From positions 9,073 to 73,072 of the forward strand of contig CALUQM010000008.1 of NCBI GenBank assembly GCA_944322925.1: a stretch of DNA of 64,000 nucleotides. Direction: 5' to 3'. Shown one piece after another: positions 9,449-20,720 of the stretch. The DNA is from an uncultured Bacteroidales bacterium. GTDB taxonomy: Bacteria > Bacteroidota > Bacteroidia > Bacteroidales > UBA932. Every line of letters starts with the position of its first letter. Position 1 is the first letter of the stretch. The notes under the pieces are model-generated. The model had not been told where the DNA came from. It searched no databases and worked only from the letters and a program-made list of their open reading frames with translations. Made by a program: the position numbers and the translations under genes.

Positions 9449-10453
9449 ATGAAAGTAGCAGTAGTCGGTGCCACCGGACTCGTAGGCACCAGAATGTTGG
9501 AAGTCCTCGCAGAACGCGACTTCCCTGTAACAGAACTCCTCCCCGTAGCCTCTGCGAAGTCTGTCGGCCGCAAGGTGACTTTTCAGGGAAAGGAATGGTC
9601 CGTGGTGAGTGCTGAAGATGCGATTGCAGCCAGACCCGATCTCGCCCTCTTTTCTGCAGGAGCAGGCGCTTCAAGGGAGCTTGCCCCGAAATTCGCCGAG
9701 GTCGGCTGCCGTGTCGTAGACAATTCTTCATGCTGGAGGATGGATCCGACGAAGAAACTCGTAGTTCCAGAAATAAACGGAGATGTCATTACAGCAGAAG
9801 ACTATATCATAGCCAATCCCAACTGTTCGACAATCCAGATGCTCATGCCTCTTGCCCCGCTGCACAGGGCGTTCAGAATCAAGAGGATCGTAGTCTCTAC
9901 GTATCAGTCCGTTACAGGTACGGGATACAAGGCTCTCGACCAGATGGAAGCCGAGCGTGCGGGCAAAAAGTGGGGAGAATATCCTGCAGTCTATCCATAT
10001 CCGATAGACGAGAACATACTTCCGCACATAGATTCCTTCCTCGATTCGGGTTACACCAAGGAAGAGATGAAAATGGTCAACGAGACTCACAAGATTCTCG
10101 ACGAATCCATACTCGTCTCCCCGACAACGGTGCGTGTCCCTGTCAAGGGCGGTCATTCGGAATCCGTTAATGTCGAATTCGAAAATGACTTTACCCTTGA
10201 AGAAGTCCGCAGGCTTATATCTGAAACTCCTGGCTGTGTCCTGCAGGACAATCCTTCGGAAAATATTTATCCGATGCCGCTTTTCGCATGGGGAAAGGAC
10301 GACGTGTTCGTAGGTCGGATCCGCAGGGACCCTTCAGTAAAATACGGCCTCAATCTCTGGTGTGTTGCCGACAACCTTCGCAAGGGTGCGGCTACCAATG
10401 CCGTCCAGATTGCACAATATATGATCGGAAAAGGATTTCTTCCGAAAAACTGA
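9449..10453 (+). CDS. asd: Aspartate-semialdehyde dehydrogenase
   Basis: VAVVGATGLVG, IIANPNCSTIQ (catalytic Cys), VRVPVKGGHS, DNLRKGAATNAVQ. Confidence 0.98.
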   Translation: MKVAVVGATGLVGTRMLEVLAERDFPVTELLPVASAKSVGRKVTFQGKEWSVVSAEDAIAARPDLALFSAGAGASRELAPKFAEVGCRVVDNSSCWRMDPTKKLVVPEINGDVITAEDYIIANPNCSTIQMLMPLAPLHRAFRIKRIVVSTYQSVTGTGYKALDQMEAERAGKKWGEYPAVYPYPIDENILPHIDSFLDSGYTKEEMKMVNETHKILDESILVSPTTVRVPVKGGHSESVNVEFENDFTLEEVRRLISETPGCVLQDNPSENIYPMPLFAWGKDDVFVGRIRRDPSVKYGLNLWCVADNLRKGAATNAVQIAQYMIGKGFLPKN

Positions 10454-10457
10454 GCCG

Positions 10458-10949
10458 CTACAGGTAGACTATGATGTAATACATCATTATGCCGCAGGCG
10501 ATCAGTTTGACGCCAGTCCCTACGAGGAAGCCGAGAAACGAGCCGAGTGCCGATTTCAGGGCTTCCTCGTTGTTTTTTCCGGCGTATGCTATCTCTGCGA
10601 TGAATGCCCCGAGGAATGAAAATATGATCATGCCCCATGGCGGTAGAATGAAGATTCCGAGGAGCATCCCTATGATGGTGCCGCGTTCGGCATATTTAGA
10701 TCCGCCCGAGACCTTTGTCAGATATGCTGGTATTACATAATCGAGGATAGATACGAGAACCGTAACGCCGAGCATGACAAGCAGGAGGGTCAGGGTCATT
10801 TCCTCTCCCTTCCCGTTCGTGCCTCCCCAGAAATACAGAAGCAGCATTCCGACCCAGCTGAGCGGAGGTCCAGGAAGAGCGGGGAGGACACTCCCGAGAA
10901 TGCCGATGATTCCTGCCAGTACGGCAAGTATTCCTATTACCGTTTCCAT
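10458..10949 (-). CDS. DUF456-family membrane protein
   Basis: Hydrophobic ILGSVLPALPGPPLS, GGSKYA..G..IG..LG patterns; start chosen at ATG 10949 overlapping the upstream TAA (TAATG coupling). Confidence 0.8.
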   Translation of the reverse strand: METVIGILAVLAGIIGILGSVLPALPGPPLSWVGMLLLYFWGGTNGKGEEMTLTLLLVMLGVTVLVSILDYVIPAYLTKVSGGSKYAERGTIIGMLLGIFILPPWGMIIFSFLGAFIAEIAYAGKNNEEALKSALGSFLGFLVGTGVKLIACGIMMYYIIVYL

Positions 10950-12397
10950 TACAGTCCTGTTTCCATTGCGGCCTCTACGTCTTCCGCCTTTATCGGAAGC
11001 CTGCAGGACCCGAGCCTTCTGCATCCGTCTTCGGTAACGAGAAGGTCGTCCTCGAGCCTGATTCCTCCGAAATCGAGGTAGTGTTCAAGCGCGGAGTAGT
11101 TGACCATGCCTTTGTCTGTCTTCTCCGCTTTCCATTTGCCGATAAGGGCAGGTATGAAATAGATTCCGGGTTCATCGGTGATGACATGTCCCGGTCTGAG
11201 CCTTCTGGCCATTCTCAATGAGCCGAGTCCGAGTTGGGCGGATCTCTCCTGGTCATCGTCATAGCCGACCAGGTCTTCTCCGAGGTCTTCCATGTCATGG
11301 ACGTCAATTCCCATGTTGTGTCCGAGTCCGTGCGGCATGAACAGTCCTGCAATACCTTCCCTTACCATGTCGTCGATATGGCCAGTCACGAGTCCGAGAG
11401 CCTTCAGCCCGTCGAGCATTCTGGCAGCTACGGCGAGATGCACCTCCCTGTAGGCTGTCCCCGGTGCCGCGAGCTGATATGCCAGTTCGTTGCAGTTCTC
11501 GACTATGTCATAGATGTCGCGCTGTTTCTGCGAGAATTTTCCGCTGCACGGGAGAGTCCTCGTGAAGTCGGACGCGTAGTGGGTGCTGCTTTCTGCTCCT
11601 GCATCTATAAGCAGCATTCTTCCCGGCGTTATGATCTGCCGGTGCGAATGGTTGTGGAGGGTCTCTCCGTTCTGAGACAGGATAGTAGTGAATGATACTC
11701 CCCAGCCTTTCGAGATTGTCACCCCTTCCATGAGACCTACGATATCCTGTTCCCTGACTCCCGGTTTACAGGCCTTTCTTGCCGTACTGTGCATCAGAAA
11801 GCCGGTTTCGCAGGCCTTGTCGATTTCTTCGATTTCGCAGGCTTCCTTGACAAGTCTCATTGAAATCACGGCTTTTGTCAGTGCGAGCGAGGCCGAATCC
11901 TGCTTCGATGAAGAGATTTCCGCTGTCTTCCTGACATTTTCCGCGGAACAGCCCGTGATTTCGGAAATCATCATTGTGTTGTAATATCTTGAGGCAGGAA
12001 GGAAGTGTACGGGGCGTCCCGCCGCCTTTGCCTTGCGGACGGCTTCGAAGAAGGAAAGATACGGAAAAGTCCTTGCCGCTCCGATCATTTCCCCTTTGGA
12101 TGCCACCGACGGCTGCGGCCCCATCCATATTATGTCATCTATATCCGTGTCATTGCCGTACAGGATTTCGTCTCCGCTGTCAAGATCGAGTATGGCGGCG
12201 AATCCGGGTTCATCTATCCCCCAGTAATACAGGAATGAACTTTCCTGCCTGAACCTGTAATCGTTTCCCCTGTAATTCTGAGGGGCATCCACGTTGCCGA
12301 GAAAGATGGCGATGCCGCGATTCCCTTCCGCAGCGCAGCCGCTCATCAGTCCGAGCAGCCTTTTCCGCCTGTTGACGTAAATTTCCTTATCGAACAT
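10949..12397 (-). CDS. pepP: Xaa-Pro aminopeptidase (M24B, aminopeptidase P)
   Basis: YRFRQESSFLYYWG, LIDAGAE..HYASDFTRT, HGLGHNMGIDVHD, TDEPGIY, IRLEDD metal ligands; start MFDKEIY at 12397 chosen over the upstream ORF-track start. Confidence 0.93.
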   Translation of the reverse strand: MFDKEIYVNRRKRLLGLMSGCAAEGNRGIAIFLGNVDAPQNYRGNDYRFRQESSFLYYWGIDEPGFAAILDLDSGDEILYGNDTDIDDIIWMGPQPSVASKGEMIGAARTFPYLSFFEAVRKAKAAGRPVHFLPASRYYNTMMISEITGCSAENVRKTAEISSSKQDSASLALTKAVISMRLVKEACEIEEIDKACETGFLMHSTARKACKPGVREQDIVGLMEGVTISKGWGVSFTTILSQNGETLHNHSHRQIITPGRMLLIDAGAESSTHYASDFTRTLPCSGKFSQKQRDIYDIVENCNELAYQLAAPGTAYREVHLAVAARMLDGLKALGLVTGHIDDMVREGIAGLFMPHGLGHNMGIDVHDMEDLGEDLVGYDDDQERSAQLGLGSLRMARRLRPGHVITDEPGIYFIPALIGKWKAEKTDKGMVNYSALEHYLDFGGIRLEDDLLVTEDGCRRLGSCRLPIKAEDVEAAMETGL

Positions 12398-12539
12398 TTT
12401 TGTAATGTTAAAAACGTCTAAAGTTAATAAAAATTTACATGACAGGCGACTTGAAAGCACCCTTTTTAGTTACCCTATTCCGTTACCCGAAGGACCGAAA
12501 TCCCTCTGATTTCTTATGCTATCCTTTTCGACGTCTTTT

Positions 12540-14774
12540 TTATGCCATCTTCCTCGAAGCTCTTGCATAATGCTTCAGGGAGATGCAGAGCTGCTCGGAT
12601 TCCTGTATGAGGTTGAGGTACATGTAGGCCATCGTCAGATTCAGGTTTTTCTCCTGAATGTCTACCATCAGGGCTTTCCTGAGGTCCGAGAACTTGATCT
12701 GGAGCCTGCTCAGGGTTTCTTCCTGTGCCCTCATTTCTTCGTAGTTCCTGTCCTTGAAGTGAGTCGCAAGGCTTCTTATCGTGTTCACGAGTTCGTCACG
12801 GACAATACTGAAGGCCTTGCAGTATTCCTCAGGAATCGGAGTGAAGTTGTTGTCCACGTGTTCGTAGGCAGGTTCGCAGATTCGGCGCAGAGAATAATAT
12901 ACCTGCTCCATATAGTTGAATGCAGTGTGGAACCACGCGCTTTTTTCGAGTCCGGTTTCCTGATCCACTTTCCTGAGGCAGACAGTCTCTTTCTTGCGGA
13001 GATTTTTCAGGGAGGTCTTGTACTGCTTCAGGTCGTTGGCCGAATGCCTGAGGGTCCTGACATTTTCCTGCATGAGTCCGTCAGTGATGCTGATATACTG
13101 TTCTGCGGTCTGGTCGAGGAATTTCCTGTCGTTCTCAGCCACGTATTTCAGGAACGGCACCCAGACTTTTTTGCTGTCGGTGATTTTCATTATTTCCTGG
13201 AATCCCTTGTCTCCTCTTGTCCCGTCAGCTTTTTCCTTGTATGTCACGTTGCTGTGGATAAGGACGGCAAGACCGGCTATTACTATGATGACAGTTACGA
13301 CCGTTCCTCCGAAATACATTATCAGGGCTATGAAGAAGGTGCAGATGAAAGCGATTGCGGCAGTCAGGAACCAGCCTCCGATGACGGAGAGCACTCCGGT
13401 GATTCTGAACACTGCGCTTTCGCGGCTCCATGCCTTGTCTGCAAGCGAGGTACCCATTGCTACCATGAATGTCACGTATGTGGTGGACAGAGGCAGTTTC
13501 AGCGATGTTCCGAGTGCGATCAGAAGCGAGGCTACGACGAGATTTACAGATGCGCGCACAAGGTCGTAGGCGGCGTTGTCCTCCATTTCGACCGTACTTT
13601 TGTCGAATCGCTTTCCGATCCAGTTCTTGACTCCTGCAGGAGTGACGGCAAGGATAAAATTGGCAGTAGAATTGCTCCACCTTACGACGCTTCTCGCTAC
13701 CTTGGACGACCCGAACATTTCATCTCCTTCGTCCTGGCGCGCAAGATTGATTTCGGTCTTTGTCACGTTGTGGGCTTTCTTTGAAGTGGCGAGGGCAATC
13801 ACCATGACAATGCCGGCCGCTACAAGGAATATGAGCGGAGTCGAAGCGGGCTCGTTGAGTACGCCCATCATGTGTGCGGAAGGATCCCCGCCTCCGGCAG
13901 CCATATAGTCCTGATAGGAAGCGAATCCGGCAAGCGGAACTCCGATGAAGTTTACGAGGTCATTCCCTGCAAAGGCAGTAGCCAGGGCGAATGTGCCGAT
14001 AAGCACAATTATCTTGAATACGTTTACTTTCAGGAAATGCAGGATCTGCATCAGTATCGTGAAGAATACGAGACATCCCCCGAGAAGTACCAGAGTATGT
14101 TCTTCTATCCAGCCTTTTACGTCATCCGTCATGAATGAAAGGTCTTTCGTGCCCTTGAAAAGCATGAAGTAGATGATGGCCGTCGTGGCGATGCCGCCGA
14201 AAATGCCGATCTTCCATTTAAGCCCCTTGCTGTAGTTGAAGGTGAAAATCAGTCGTGCTATATATTGTATTAGAATACCGCTGACGAATGCGATGGCTAC
14301 GGAGACGAAAATCGCCATTATCACCGAAAGCGCCTTTTCAGTATTCATGTAGTCTGCGAAACCGAGACCGGAATCATCCCCGACCATTTTTACGATAGAC
14401 AGGGCGAAAGAGGCTCCGAGCAGTTCGAAAACCATCGAGACCGTAGTGGAAGTCGGCATTCCGAGGGAATTGAACACGTCCAGCAGGATAATGTCGGTGA
14501 CCATCACTGCGAGGAAAATGTACATCAGTTCCTTGAATGCGAACTGTTCCGGCCGGAAAATGCCGTGTCTGGCGATGTCCATCATTCCGTTGCTCATGAT
14601 GGCTCCGAGGAAAACGCCGGTGGCCGCTACGATGATGATTGTCCTGAATCTGGCGACTTTTGCGCCGATGGCTGAATTGAGGAAGTTGACTGCATCATTG
14701 CTGACTCCTACCCACAGGTCAGAAATTGCAAGGATGAAAAGGAATATCACAAATCCCAGATAAATCCATTCCAT
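12540..14774 (-). CDS. PiT-family inorganic phosphate transporter with C-terminal PhoU-like helical region
   Basis: GVSNDAVNFLNSAIG and AGNDLVNFIG signature repeats, PLSTTYVT; start MEWIYLG at 14774. Confidence 0.9.
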   Translation of the reverse strand: MEWIYLGFVIFLFILAISDLWVGVSNDAVNFLNSAIGAKVARFRTIIIVAATGVFLGAIMSNGMMDIARHGIFRPEQFAFKELMYIFLAVMVTDIILLDVFNSLGMPTSTTVSMVFELLGASFALSIVKMVGDDSGLGFADYMNTEKALSVIMAIFVSVAIAFVSGILIQYIARLIFTFNYSKGLKWKIGIFGGIATTAIIYFMLFKGTKDLSFMTDDVKGWIEEHTLVLLGGCLVFFTILMQILHFLKVNVFKIIVLIGTFALATAFAGNDLVNFIGVPLAGFASYQDYMAAGGGDPSAHMMGVLNEPASTPLIFLVAAGIVMVIALATSKKAHNVTKTEINLARQDEGDEMFGSSKVARSVVRWSNSTANFILAVTPAGVKNWIGKRFDKSTVEMEDNAAYDLVRASVNLVVASLLIALGTSLKLPLSTTYVTFMVAMGTSLADKAWSRESAVFRITGVLSVIGGWFLTAAIAFICTFFIALIMYFGGTVVTVIIVIAGLAVLIHSNVTYKEKADGTRGDKGFQEIMKITDSKKVWVPFLKYVAENDRKFLDQTAEQYISITDGLMQENVRTLRHSANDLKQYKTSLKNLRKKETVCLRKVDQETGLEKSAWFHTAFNYMEQVYYSLRRICEPAYEHVDNNFTPIPEEYCKAFSIVRDELVNTIRSLATHFKDRNYEEMRAQEETLSRLQIKFSDLRKALMVDIQEKNLNLTMAYMYLNLIQESEQLCISLKHYARASRKMA

Positions 14775-14798
14775 AATGTAGATAATATGAATTTGCCG

Positions 14799-14919
14799 CA
14801 AAAATAATTTCCGTATGTTGGGATTCTGTTGCGGAAATGTTAAAATATTGTTACAAAAATTCTTAACAAATATTTTACATTCCCTTATAATCTACAAACA
14901 GGTAAATGATATACCTTTG
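14799..14919. promoter_or_regulatory. Divergent promoters with two inverted PhoB-box-like sites
   Basis: -7 elements at 14799-14806 (minus) and 14912-14919 (plus); inverted arms 14836-14853 and 14864-14881, each containing TGT(T/A)A half-sites 11 nt apart. Confidence 0.6.
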
Positions 14920-14940
14920 TGCGGATTAAAATATTGCCCG

Positions 14941-15630
14941 ATGGAAAAGAAAACGATAATGGTAGTGGACGATGAGCAGGATATCCGTGAAATCCTCGAA
15001 TTCAATCTCGAGAATGCCGGATACGAAGTCATACCTGCGGCATCTGCCGAAGATGCTCTGGAAAGGACGCAGGACGCGGATCTGATTCTTCTCGACGTGA
15101 TGATGGAAGGCATGTCCGGATTCAAGATGGCCGAGATTCTCAGAAAGGAGAGGCGCAGCCAGATCCCGATCATATTTCTGACGGCAAGGAGCGCTGAGAA
15201 TGATCTGCTTACCGGGTTTTCTGCGGGAGGAGACGACTATATATCCAAGCCGTTTTCCATAAATGAAGTGCTTGCCAGAGTGAAAGCTGTCCTGAAGCGG
15301 AGTGCGGCGATAAAGCCGGAGAAGCCTGTCAGGTCTCAGATTGAACTCGGAAAGCTGAGGATAGACGTGGACCGGAAGATGGTCTATGTTGACGGTGTTG
15401 CGGTAGTCTTTCCTAAAAAGGAACTCGAGATACTGACTCTTCTTGCGTCGCATCCCGGCAGGATATACTCACGCGAGGAAATGATAAATGAACTGTGGGA
15501 TGACGCTCCCTATGTTCTCGACCGTACGGTAGACGTCCACATAGCACGTATCAGAAGCAAGCTCGGGGTCTGCAAGGGGTATCTTACCAACAGATCGGGC
15601 TACGGGTATTCGATGAATGCTGAAGACTGA
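14941..15630 (+). CDS. OmpR/PhoB-family response regulator
   Basis: IMVVDDE, LILLDVMM, IIFLTA, DDYISKPF, winged-helix RTVDVHIARIRSKL; start MEKKT at 14941. Confidence 0.95.
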   Translation: MEKKTIMVVDDEQDIREILEFNLENAGYEVIPAASAEDALERTQDADLILLDVMMEGMSGFKMAEILRKERRSQIPIIFLTARSAENDLLTGFSAGGDDYISKPFSINEVLARVKAVLKRSAAIKPEKPVRSQIELGKLRIDVDRKMVYVDGVAVVFPKKELEILTLLASHPGRIYSREEMINELWDDAPYVLDRTVDVHIARIRSKLGVCKGYLTNRSGYGYSMNAED

Positions 15631-15635
15631 CGAAC

Positions 15636-17354
15636 ATGAAACAAAGGAAAAGATCATACAAGAGACAGCTGCTGATATACTTTGCGGCGGTTTTCTCCCT
15701 TTTTGCCATACTGCTTATCCTTTTCCAGTTCCGGAGCGATACGGACAACAGGAAAAGGATGCTGCAGGACCGCCTTTCGTGTTACGCAGACATTGTCTCC
15801 AAGAGCCGCGACTATGCTGCAACGGTAGCCATGTTCCCGTCAGAACTGAGGGTAACGGTTATCGGCATGGACGGAAAAGTCCTGTTCGACTCCGTCGAGG
15901 ACGAGACCACGCTCGACAACCATGCTTCGCGCCCTGAAGTCCGGGCGGCCCTCTCCGACAAGACCGGGGGAGTAATACGCAAGTCGGATACTGTGGGAAT
16001 CAGCTATTTCTACTATGCGAAATCATACGGCAGCTATGTGGTAAGGATGGCGCTTCCGTTCGACTATGACGTGCAGAAGGCCCTCAGACCGGATTTCGTC
16101 TTTATTCTTATCATCGTACTGGTTTTCCTCGTGGCATTGTTTTTCATCATTTTCCTGTCTGACAAATTCGGTGAAGGCGTTTCCCGCCTGCACAGGTTTG
16201 CCGAAGCTGCCGAACAGGGGAAAGTTGACTATGAGAACATGTCATTTCCGGATTCCGAACTCGGAGACATAGGAAATCAGATGCTCGAAAGCTACCACAG
16301 ACTGGAACAGAGCAACCAGATCATAGCTCTCGAAAAGGAAAGGCTGCTGCTGCACCTGCATTATTATGAAGGAGGCATAGCGATATTTTCCCAGGAACGG
16401 AAAAAGGTTTATGCGAATCCTAAGTTCGTGCAGTTCGTGAACCTCATGCTCGACCGTCCGACTCCTGACATGGATGCGTTGTGGGACAGTGAGATATTCA
16501 GGCCTCTGTCCGAATTCCTCGACAGGAATACTGATTCGAGGGTGGACAACGTGCCGGTCTTCCAGTACAATGTCAGCAAGGGCGCAAGGGTCTATGCCCT
16601 GCAGATCCTCGTCTATCCGGACAACGGCTGCGAAGTGTCGGTCAATGACGTTACGGATGTAGAGAAGAACAGGGTGATGAAGCAGCAGATGACCAACAAT
16701 ATCGCACACGAGCTGAGGACGCCGGTCAGCAGTATAAGAGGCTACCTCGAGACCCTGACCGTATGCAAGAACATCTCGGCGGAGAAAAAGAACATGTTTC
16801 TCGAGAGGGCGTATGTCCAGGTGATGCGCCTTTCCGATCTGATAAGGGACATCGGTATGATAACCAAAATCGAAGAGGCTCCGGAACAGCTGCACAAGGA
16901 AAAGGTCTGTCTGAAAAATGTTGTGGATGAAGTTTCGGATGAACTGCGGCCGCGTCTTGAGGACATGGGCATCCTTGTCGAGAACATGCTCAGTCCCGAT
17001 CTGTATGTAAACGGCAATTCGAGTCTGATTTATGCCGTATTCAGGAATCTGATGGAGAACAGCGTCAAGTACGGCGGCCGGGAGATCAAAATCCATGTAG
17101 AATGTTATGCCAAGGGCGACGGCTACTGTCATTTTTCATATTACGATACGGGCAAAGGCGTTCCGGAGGAGCATCTTTCAAAGATTTTCGAAAGATTCTA
17201 CCGGGTTTCGGAAGGCAGGACGCGCGATGACGGAGGGTCGGGACTCGGCCTGTCCATAGTGCGTAATGCGATAGCTTTCCACAAGGGGGATGTCCGCGCT
17301 CTCAACCGCAAGGGCGGCGGTCTGGAATTCATATTCTCTCTCAGTGAAAAATAG
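15636..17354 (+). CDS. Sensor histidine kinase (PhoR-like)
   Basis: Two TM segments, DNHASRPEV periplasmic motif typical of PhoR, HELRTPV H-box, NLMENSVKY, DTGKG, GGSGLGLSIV. Confidence 0.93.
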   Translation: MKQRKRSYKRQLLIYFAAVFSLFAILLILFQFRSDTDNRKRMLQDRLSCYADIVSKSRDYAATVAMFPSELRVTVIGMDGKVLFDSVEDETTLDNHASRPEVRAALSDKTGGVIRKSDTVGISYFYYAKSYGSYVVRMALPFDYDVQKALRPDFVFILIIVLVFLVALFFIIFLSDKFGEGVSRLHRFAEAAEQGKVDYENMSFPDSELGDIGNQMLESYHRLEQSNQIIALEKERLLLHLHYYEGGIAIFSQERKKVYANPKFVQFVNLMLDRPTPDMDALWDSEIFRPLSEFLDRNTDSRVDNVPVFQYNVSKGARVYALQILVYPDNGCEVSVNDVTDVEKNRVMKQQMTNNIAHELRTPVSSIRGYLETLTVCKNISAEKKNMFLERAYVQVMRLSDLIRDIGMITKIEEAPEQLHKEKVCLKNVVDEVSDELRPRLEDMGILVENMLSPDLYVNGNSSLIYAVFRNLMENSVKYGGREIKIHVECYAKGDGYCHFSYYDTGKGVPEEHLSKIFERFYRVSEGRTRDDGGSGLGLSIVRNAIAFHKGDVRALNRKGGGLEFIFSLSEK

Positions 17355-17425
17355 GAGGCCGGTCTGGTTTTCCGGAAGATTTTTGACAACTTCTTATTAC
17401 CTTTGCGGAAAATCCAGACAGACCC

Positions 17426-18094
17426 ATGGAAGCAATTATAGAAGCACGGGGTATAGAAAAATCATTCGGGAATCTGAAAGTCCTGAAAGGTGTCGACCTG
17501 ACGGTGTCCAGGTCAGAAGTCCTGTCCATTATGGGCGCTTCCGGCGCCGGCAAGACCACTTTGCTCCAGATTCTCGGCACACTTTCTACGCCGGACTCCG
17601 GATCTCTTGTCATCGACAATATTGATGTGCTGAGGCTTGACGGAAGGCTGCTTGCGCTTTTCCGCAACACCAAGGTAGGTTTTGTCTTCCAGTTCCATCA
17701 CCTTCTGCCGGAGTTCACTGCCGCCGAGAATGTCATGATCCCGGCGCTCATTGCCGGAAAATCATCCAAAGAAGCCAGACGTGAAGCGGAAGCCATGCTC
17801 GGGGACCTCGGCCTGTCCGGAAGGACAGGACACAAGCCGTCGGAGCTTTCCGGCGGAGAACAGCAGAGAGTGGCCATTGCCAGGGCGCTGATCAATCACC
17901 CCTCGGTGGTTTTTGCCGACGAGCCGTCCGGAAACCTGGACAGCCTTACCAAAAAAGACCTGCATAATCTCTTTTTCAGTCTGAGGGACAGGCTCGGGCA
18001 GACTTTCGTCATTGTCACGCATGATCCGGAACTCGCGTCCATGTGCGACAGGAGCCTGTTCATGAGGGACGGACTTTTTGTAGGAGAAGAATAG
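17426..18094 (+). CDS. lolD: ABC transporter ATP-binding protein (LolD-like)
   Basis: GASGAGKTT Walker [44 protein letters not shown]; TACCTTTG -7 element at 17398-17405. Confidence 0.85.
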   Translation: MEAIIEARGIEKSFGNLKVLKGVDLTVSRSEVLSIMGASGAGKTTLLQILGTLSTPDSGSLVIDNIDVLRLDGRLLALFRNTKVGFVFQFHHLLPEFTAAENVMIPALIAGKSSKEARREAEAMLGDLGLSGRTGHKPSELSGGEQQRVAIARALINHPSVVFADEPSGNLDSLTKKDLHNLFFSLRDRLGQTFVIVTHDPELASMCDRSLFMRDGLFVGEE

Positions 18095-18119
18095 CCCTTT
18101 AGGGGAATTTCATTCAGGC

Positions 18120-18887
18120 ATGGGTATTTTCAGATTCCGCAAATTCTGCGTCGAGAACACAGAATCGGCCATGAAGGTCAATACAGACGGCGTCCTGCTC
18201 GGCGTCCTGATGTCCGTATTTCCGGAATACAGGACCTGTCTCGATGTCGGGACAGGTACAGGTACGGTGGCGTTGATTGCCGCCCAGCGTATTTCCGGAC
18301 TTTCCGATGCGGAAAATGGCGGCCTGCCGTCCTGCAGTGATTTCAGAATCATCGGCATAGATATCGACGGACCTTCCGCAAGGGAGGCCGCAGGCAATTT
18401 CGCGGCTTCTCCGTGGCGGGACCATCTTGAGTCGGTACATGTTTCGCTTGAAGACTTAGGCGCCCGTCTGAGATCCGGGAACTGTGATATCGGAAAATTC
18501 GATCATATATTTTCCAATCCCCCGTATTACGACATGTCTCTCAGGGCGCCCGATGCCAGAAGGAACGGGGCGAGGCATACGGATACCCTGTCTTACAGGG
18601 AACTTGCTGCCTTTTCTTCGGAATTTATGTCGGACAGGGGGATATTGTCGGTAATCCTGCCTTCCGACGCGCGTACGTGGCTTTTCAGGCATGCGGCAAT
18701 GTACGGACTGTATCCTTTCCGCACCGTAAGCATAAGAACGACGCCTGCGAAAGCCCCGTCCCGTATCGTAGCTGAATTTTCGAGGATCCGCCGCAGTGTG
18801 ACTGCAGATGAGAGCCTGACTCTCCATGACGGTCCTGGATATACCCCCGAATATGTCTCTCTGACAAAGGATTTCTATTTATGGTAG
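18120..18887 (+). CDS. tRNA1(Val) A37 N6-methyltransferase (TrmN6/YfiC family)
   Basis: FRFRKFCV...[26 protein letters not shown] motifs. Confidence 0.88.
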   Translation: MGIFRFRKFCVENTESAMKVNTDGVLLGVLMSVFPEYRTCLDVGTGTGTVALIAAQRISGLSDAENGGLPSCSDFRIIGIDIDGPSAREAAGNFAASPWRDHLESVHVSLEDLGARLRSGNCDIGKFDHIFSNPPYYDMSLRAPDARRNGARHTDTLSYRELAAFSSEFMSDRGILSVILPSDARTWLFRHAAMYGLYPFRTVSIRTTPAKAPSRIVAEFSRIRRSVTADESLTLHDGPGYTPEYVSLTKDFYLW

Positions 18888-18921
18888 GGAAGATAAAGCA
18901 AAACTTTCTATCTTTGCGGAC

Positions 18922-20709
18922 ATGAAAAATATCAGGAATTTCTGCATAATTGCACATATCGATCACGGCAAGAGCACTCTTGCGGACAGGATGATCGAGA
19001 TAACAAAGACTCTTGCCGCCCGCGACATGGAAGCCCAGGTGCTGGATTCCATGGATCTGGAGAAGGAGAAAGGCATTACGATAAAAAGCCACGCTATCCA
19101 GATGGATTATGTACATGGCGGGGAACAGTATGTACTGAATCTGATCGATACTCCGGGCCATGTCGACTTTTCATACGAAGTTTCGAGGGCCATAGCTTCA
19201 TGTGAAGGGGCCCTTCTTGTAGTCGATGCCACCCAGGGTATTCAGGCCCAGACCATTTCGAATCTGTATCTTGCGATAGAACATGATCTGGAAATAATCC
19301 CTGTGCTGAACAAGATCGATGTGGATTCTGCCATGGTGGATGTCGTTACCGACCAGGTCGTAGACCTGTTGGGATGCAAGCCGGAAGACGTGCTTTGCGC
19401 ATCCGGCAAGACGGGGCAGGGGGTACAGGAGATCCTCGATGCGATAGTGGAGCGTATCCCGGTGCCGAAAGGCGATCCCGAGGCTCCTCTGCAGGCCCTG
19501 ATCTTCGATTCCGTATTCAATTCTTTCAGGGGAATCATCGCCTATTTCAAGATTGTGAACGGCAGTATCCGTACCGGAGACAAGGTAAAATTCTTCAATA
19601 CCGGAAAAATCTATGATGCGGACGAAGTCGGAGTCCTGAAAATGAAACTCGACCCGCGCCAGGAAATCCCCTGCGGAAGCGTGGGTTACATAATATCAGG
19701 GATAAAGACCGCTTCGGAAGTCAAGGTGGGAGACACTATTACCCATGTCGGCAACCCCTGTTCGGAAGCCATTGCTGGTTTCGAGGAAGTAAAGCCGATG
19801 CTTTTTGCAGGAGTCTATCCGGTCGAAACCGACCAGTACGAAGAACTGAGGTCTTCTCTGGAGAAACTCCAGCTCAATGATGCCTCCCTTGTTTTCGAAC
19901 CGGAGTCTTCTCTGGCGCTCGGCTTCGGATTTCGCTGCGGCTTCCTGGGCCTGCTGCATCTCGAGATCATTCAGGAAAGGCTGTACCGCGAGTTCAACAT
20001 GGATGTCATCACCACGGTACCGAACGTGTCCTACAAGGTCTATACGACGCAGGGCGATGTCGTGGACGTTCATAACCCTTCAGGTCTGCCTGCTCCTACC
20101 CTGATTTCAAAGATCGAAGAACCGTATATCAGGGCGCAGGTCATTTCCAAGTCTGAATTTTACGGTCCCATAATGAAACTTTGTCTGGACAAGAGGGGTA
20201 CTCTCGTGAACCAGCACTACATTACTTCCGACCGTCTCGAACTTACCTACGACATGCCGCTTTCGGAGATAGTCTTCGATTTTTACGACAAGCTCAAGTC
20301 GATATCCAAAGGCTACGCCTCATTCGACTATCATCTCGTCGGCTTCAGGGAAGCCAGACTCGTGAAACTCGATATTCTTCTGAACGGAGACCCTGCCGAC
20401 GCCCTTTCGAGTCTTATCCATGCCGATCATGCCTATGATTTCGGCCGTAAGATCTGCGAAAAGCTGAAGGAACTGATCCCTCGCCAGCAGTTCGATGTCG
20501 CCATACAGGCTGCGATAGGTGCGAAAATCATAGCGCGCGAGACGGTCAAGGCCGTAAGGAAGGATGTTACCGCCAAATGCTACGGCGGAGACATCACAAG
20601 GAAGAGGAAACTTCTCGAGAAACAGAAACAGGGCAAGAAGAGAATGCGTCAGATCGGTACGGTGGAAGTACCGCAGAGTGCATTTATGGCTGTGTTGAAA
20701 CTCGACTGA
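18922..20709 (+). CDS. lepA: Elongation factor 4
   Basis: [46 protein letters not shown]; TATCTTTG -7 element at 18909-18916. Confidence 0.99.
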   Translation: MKNIRNFCIIAHIDHGKSTLADRMIEITKTLAARDMEAQVLDSMDLEKEKGITIKSHAIQMDYVHGGEQYVLNLIDTPGHVDFSYEVSRAIASCEGALLVVDATQGIQAQTISNLYLAIEHDLEIIPVLNKIDVDSAMVDVVTDQVVDLLGCKPEDVLCASGKTGQGVQEILDAIVERIPVPKGDPEAPLQALIFDSVFNSFRGIIAYFKIVNGSIRTGDKVKFFNTGKIYDADEVGVLKMKLDPRQEIPCGSVGYIISGIKTASEVKVGDTITHVGNPCSEAIAGFEEVKPMLFAGVYPVETDQYEELRSSLEKLQLNDASLVFEPESSLALGFGFRCGFLGLLHLEIIQERLYREFNMDVITTVPNVSYKVYTTQGDVVDVHNPSGLPAPTLISKIEEPYIRAQVISKSEFYGPIMKLCLDKRGTLVNQHYITSDRLELTYDMPLSEIVFDFYDKLKSISKGYASFDYHLVGFREARLVKLDILLNGDPADALSSLIHADHAYDFGRKICEKLKELIPRQQFDVAIQAAIGAKIIARETVKAVRKDVTAKCYGGDITRKRKLLEKQKQGKKRMRQIGTVEVPQSAFMAVLKLD

Positions 20710-20720
20710 GAAGTTGCGAT

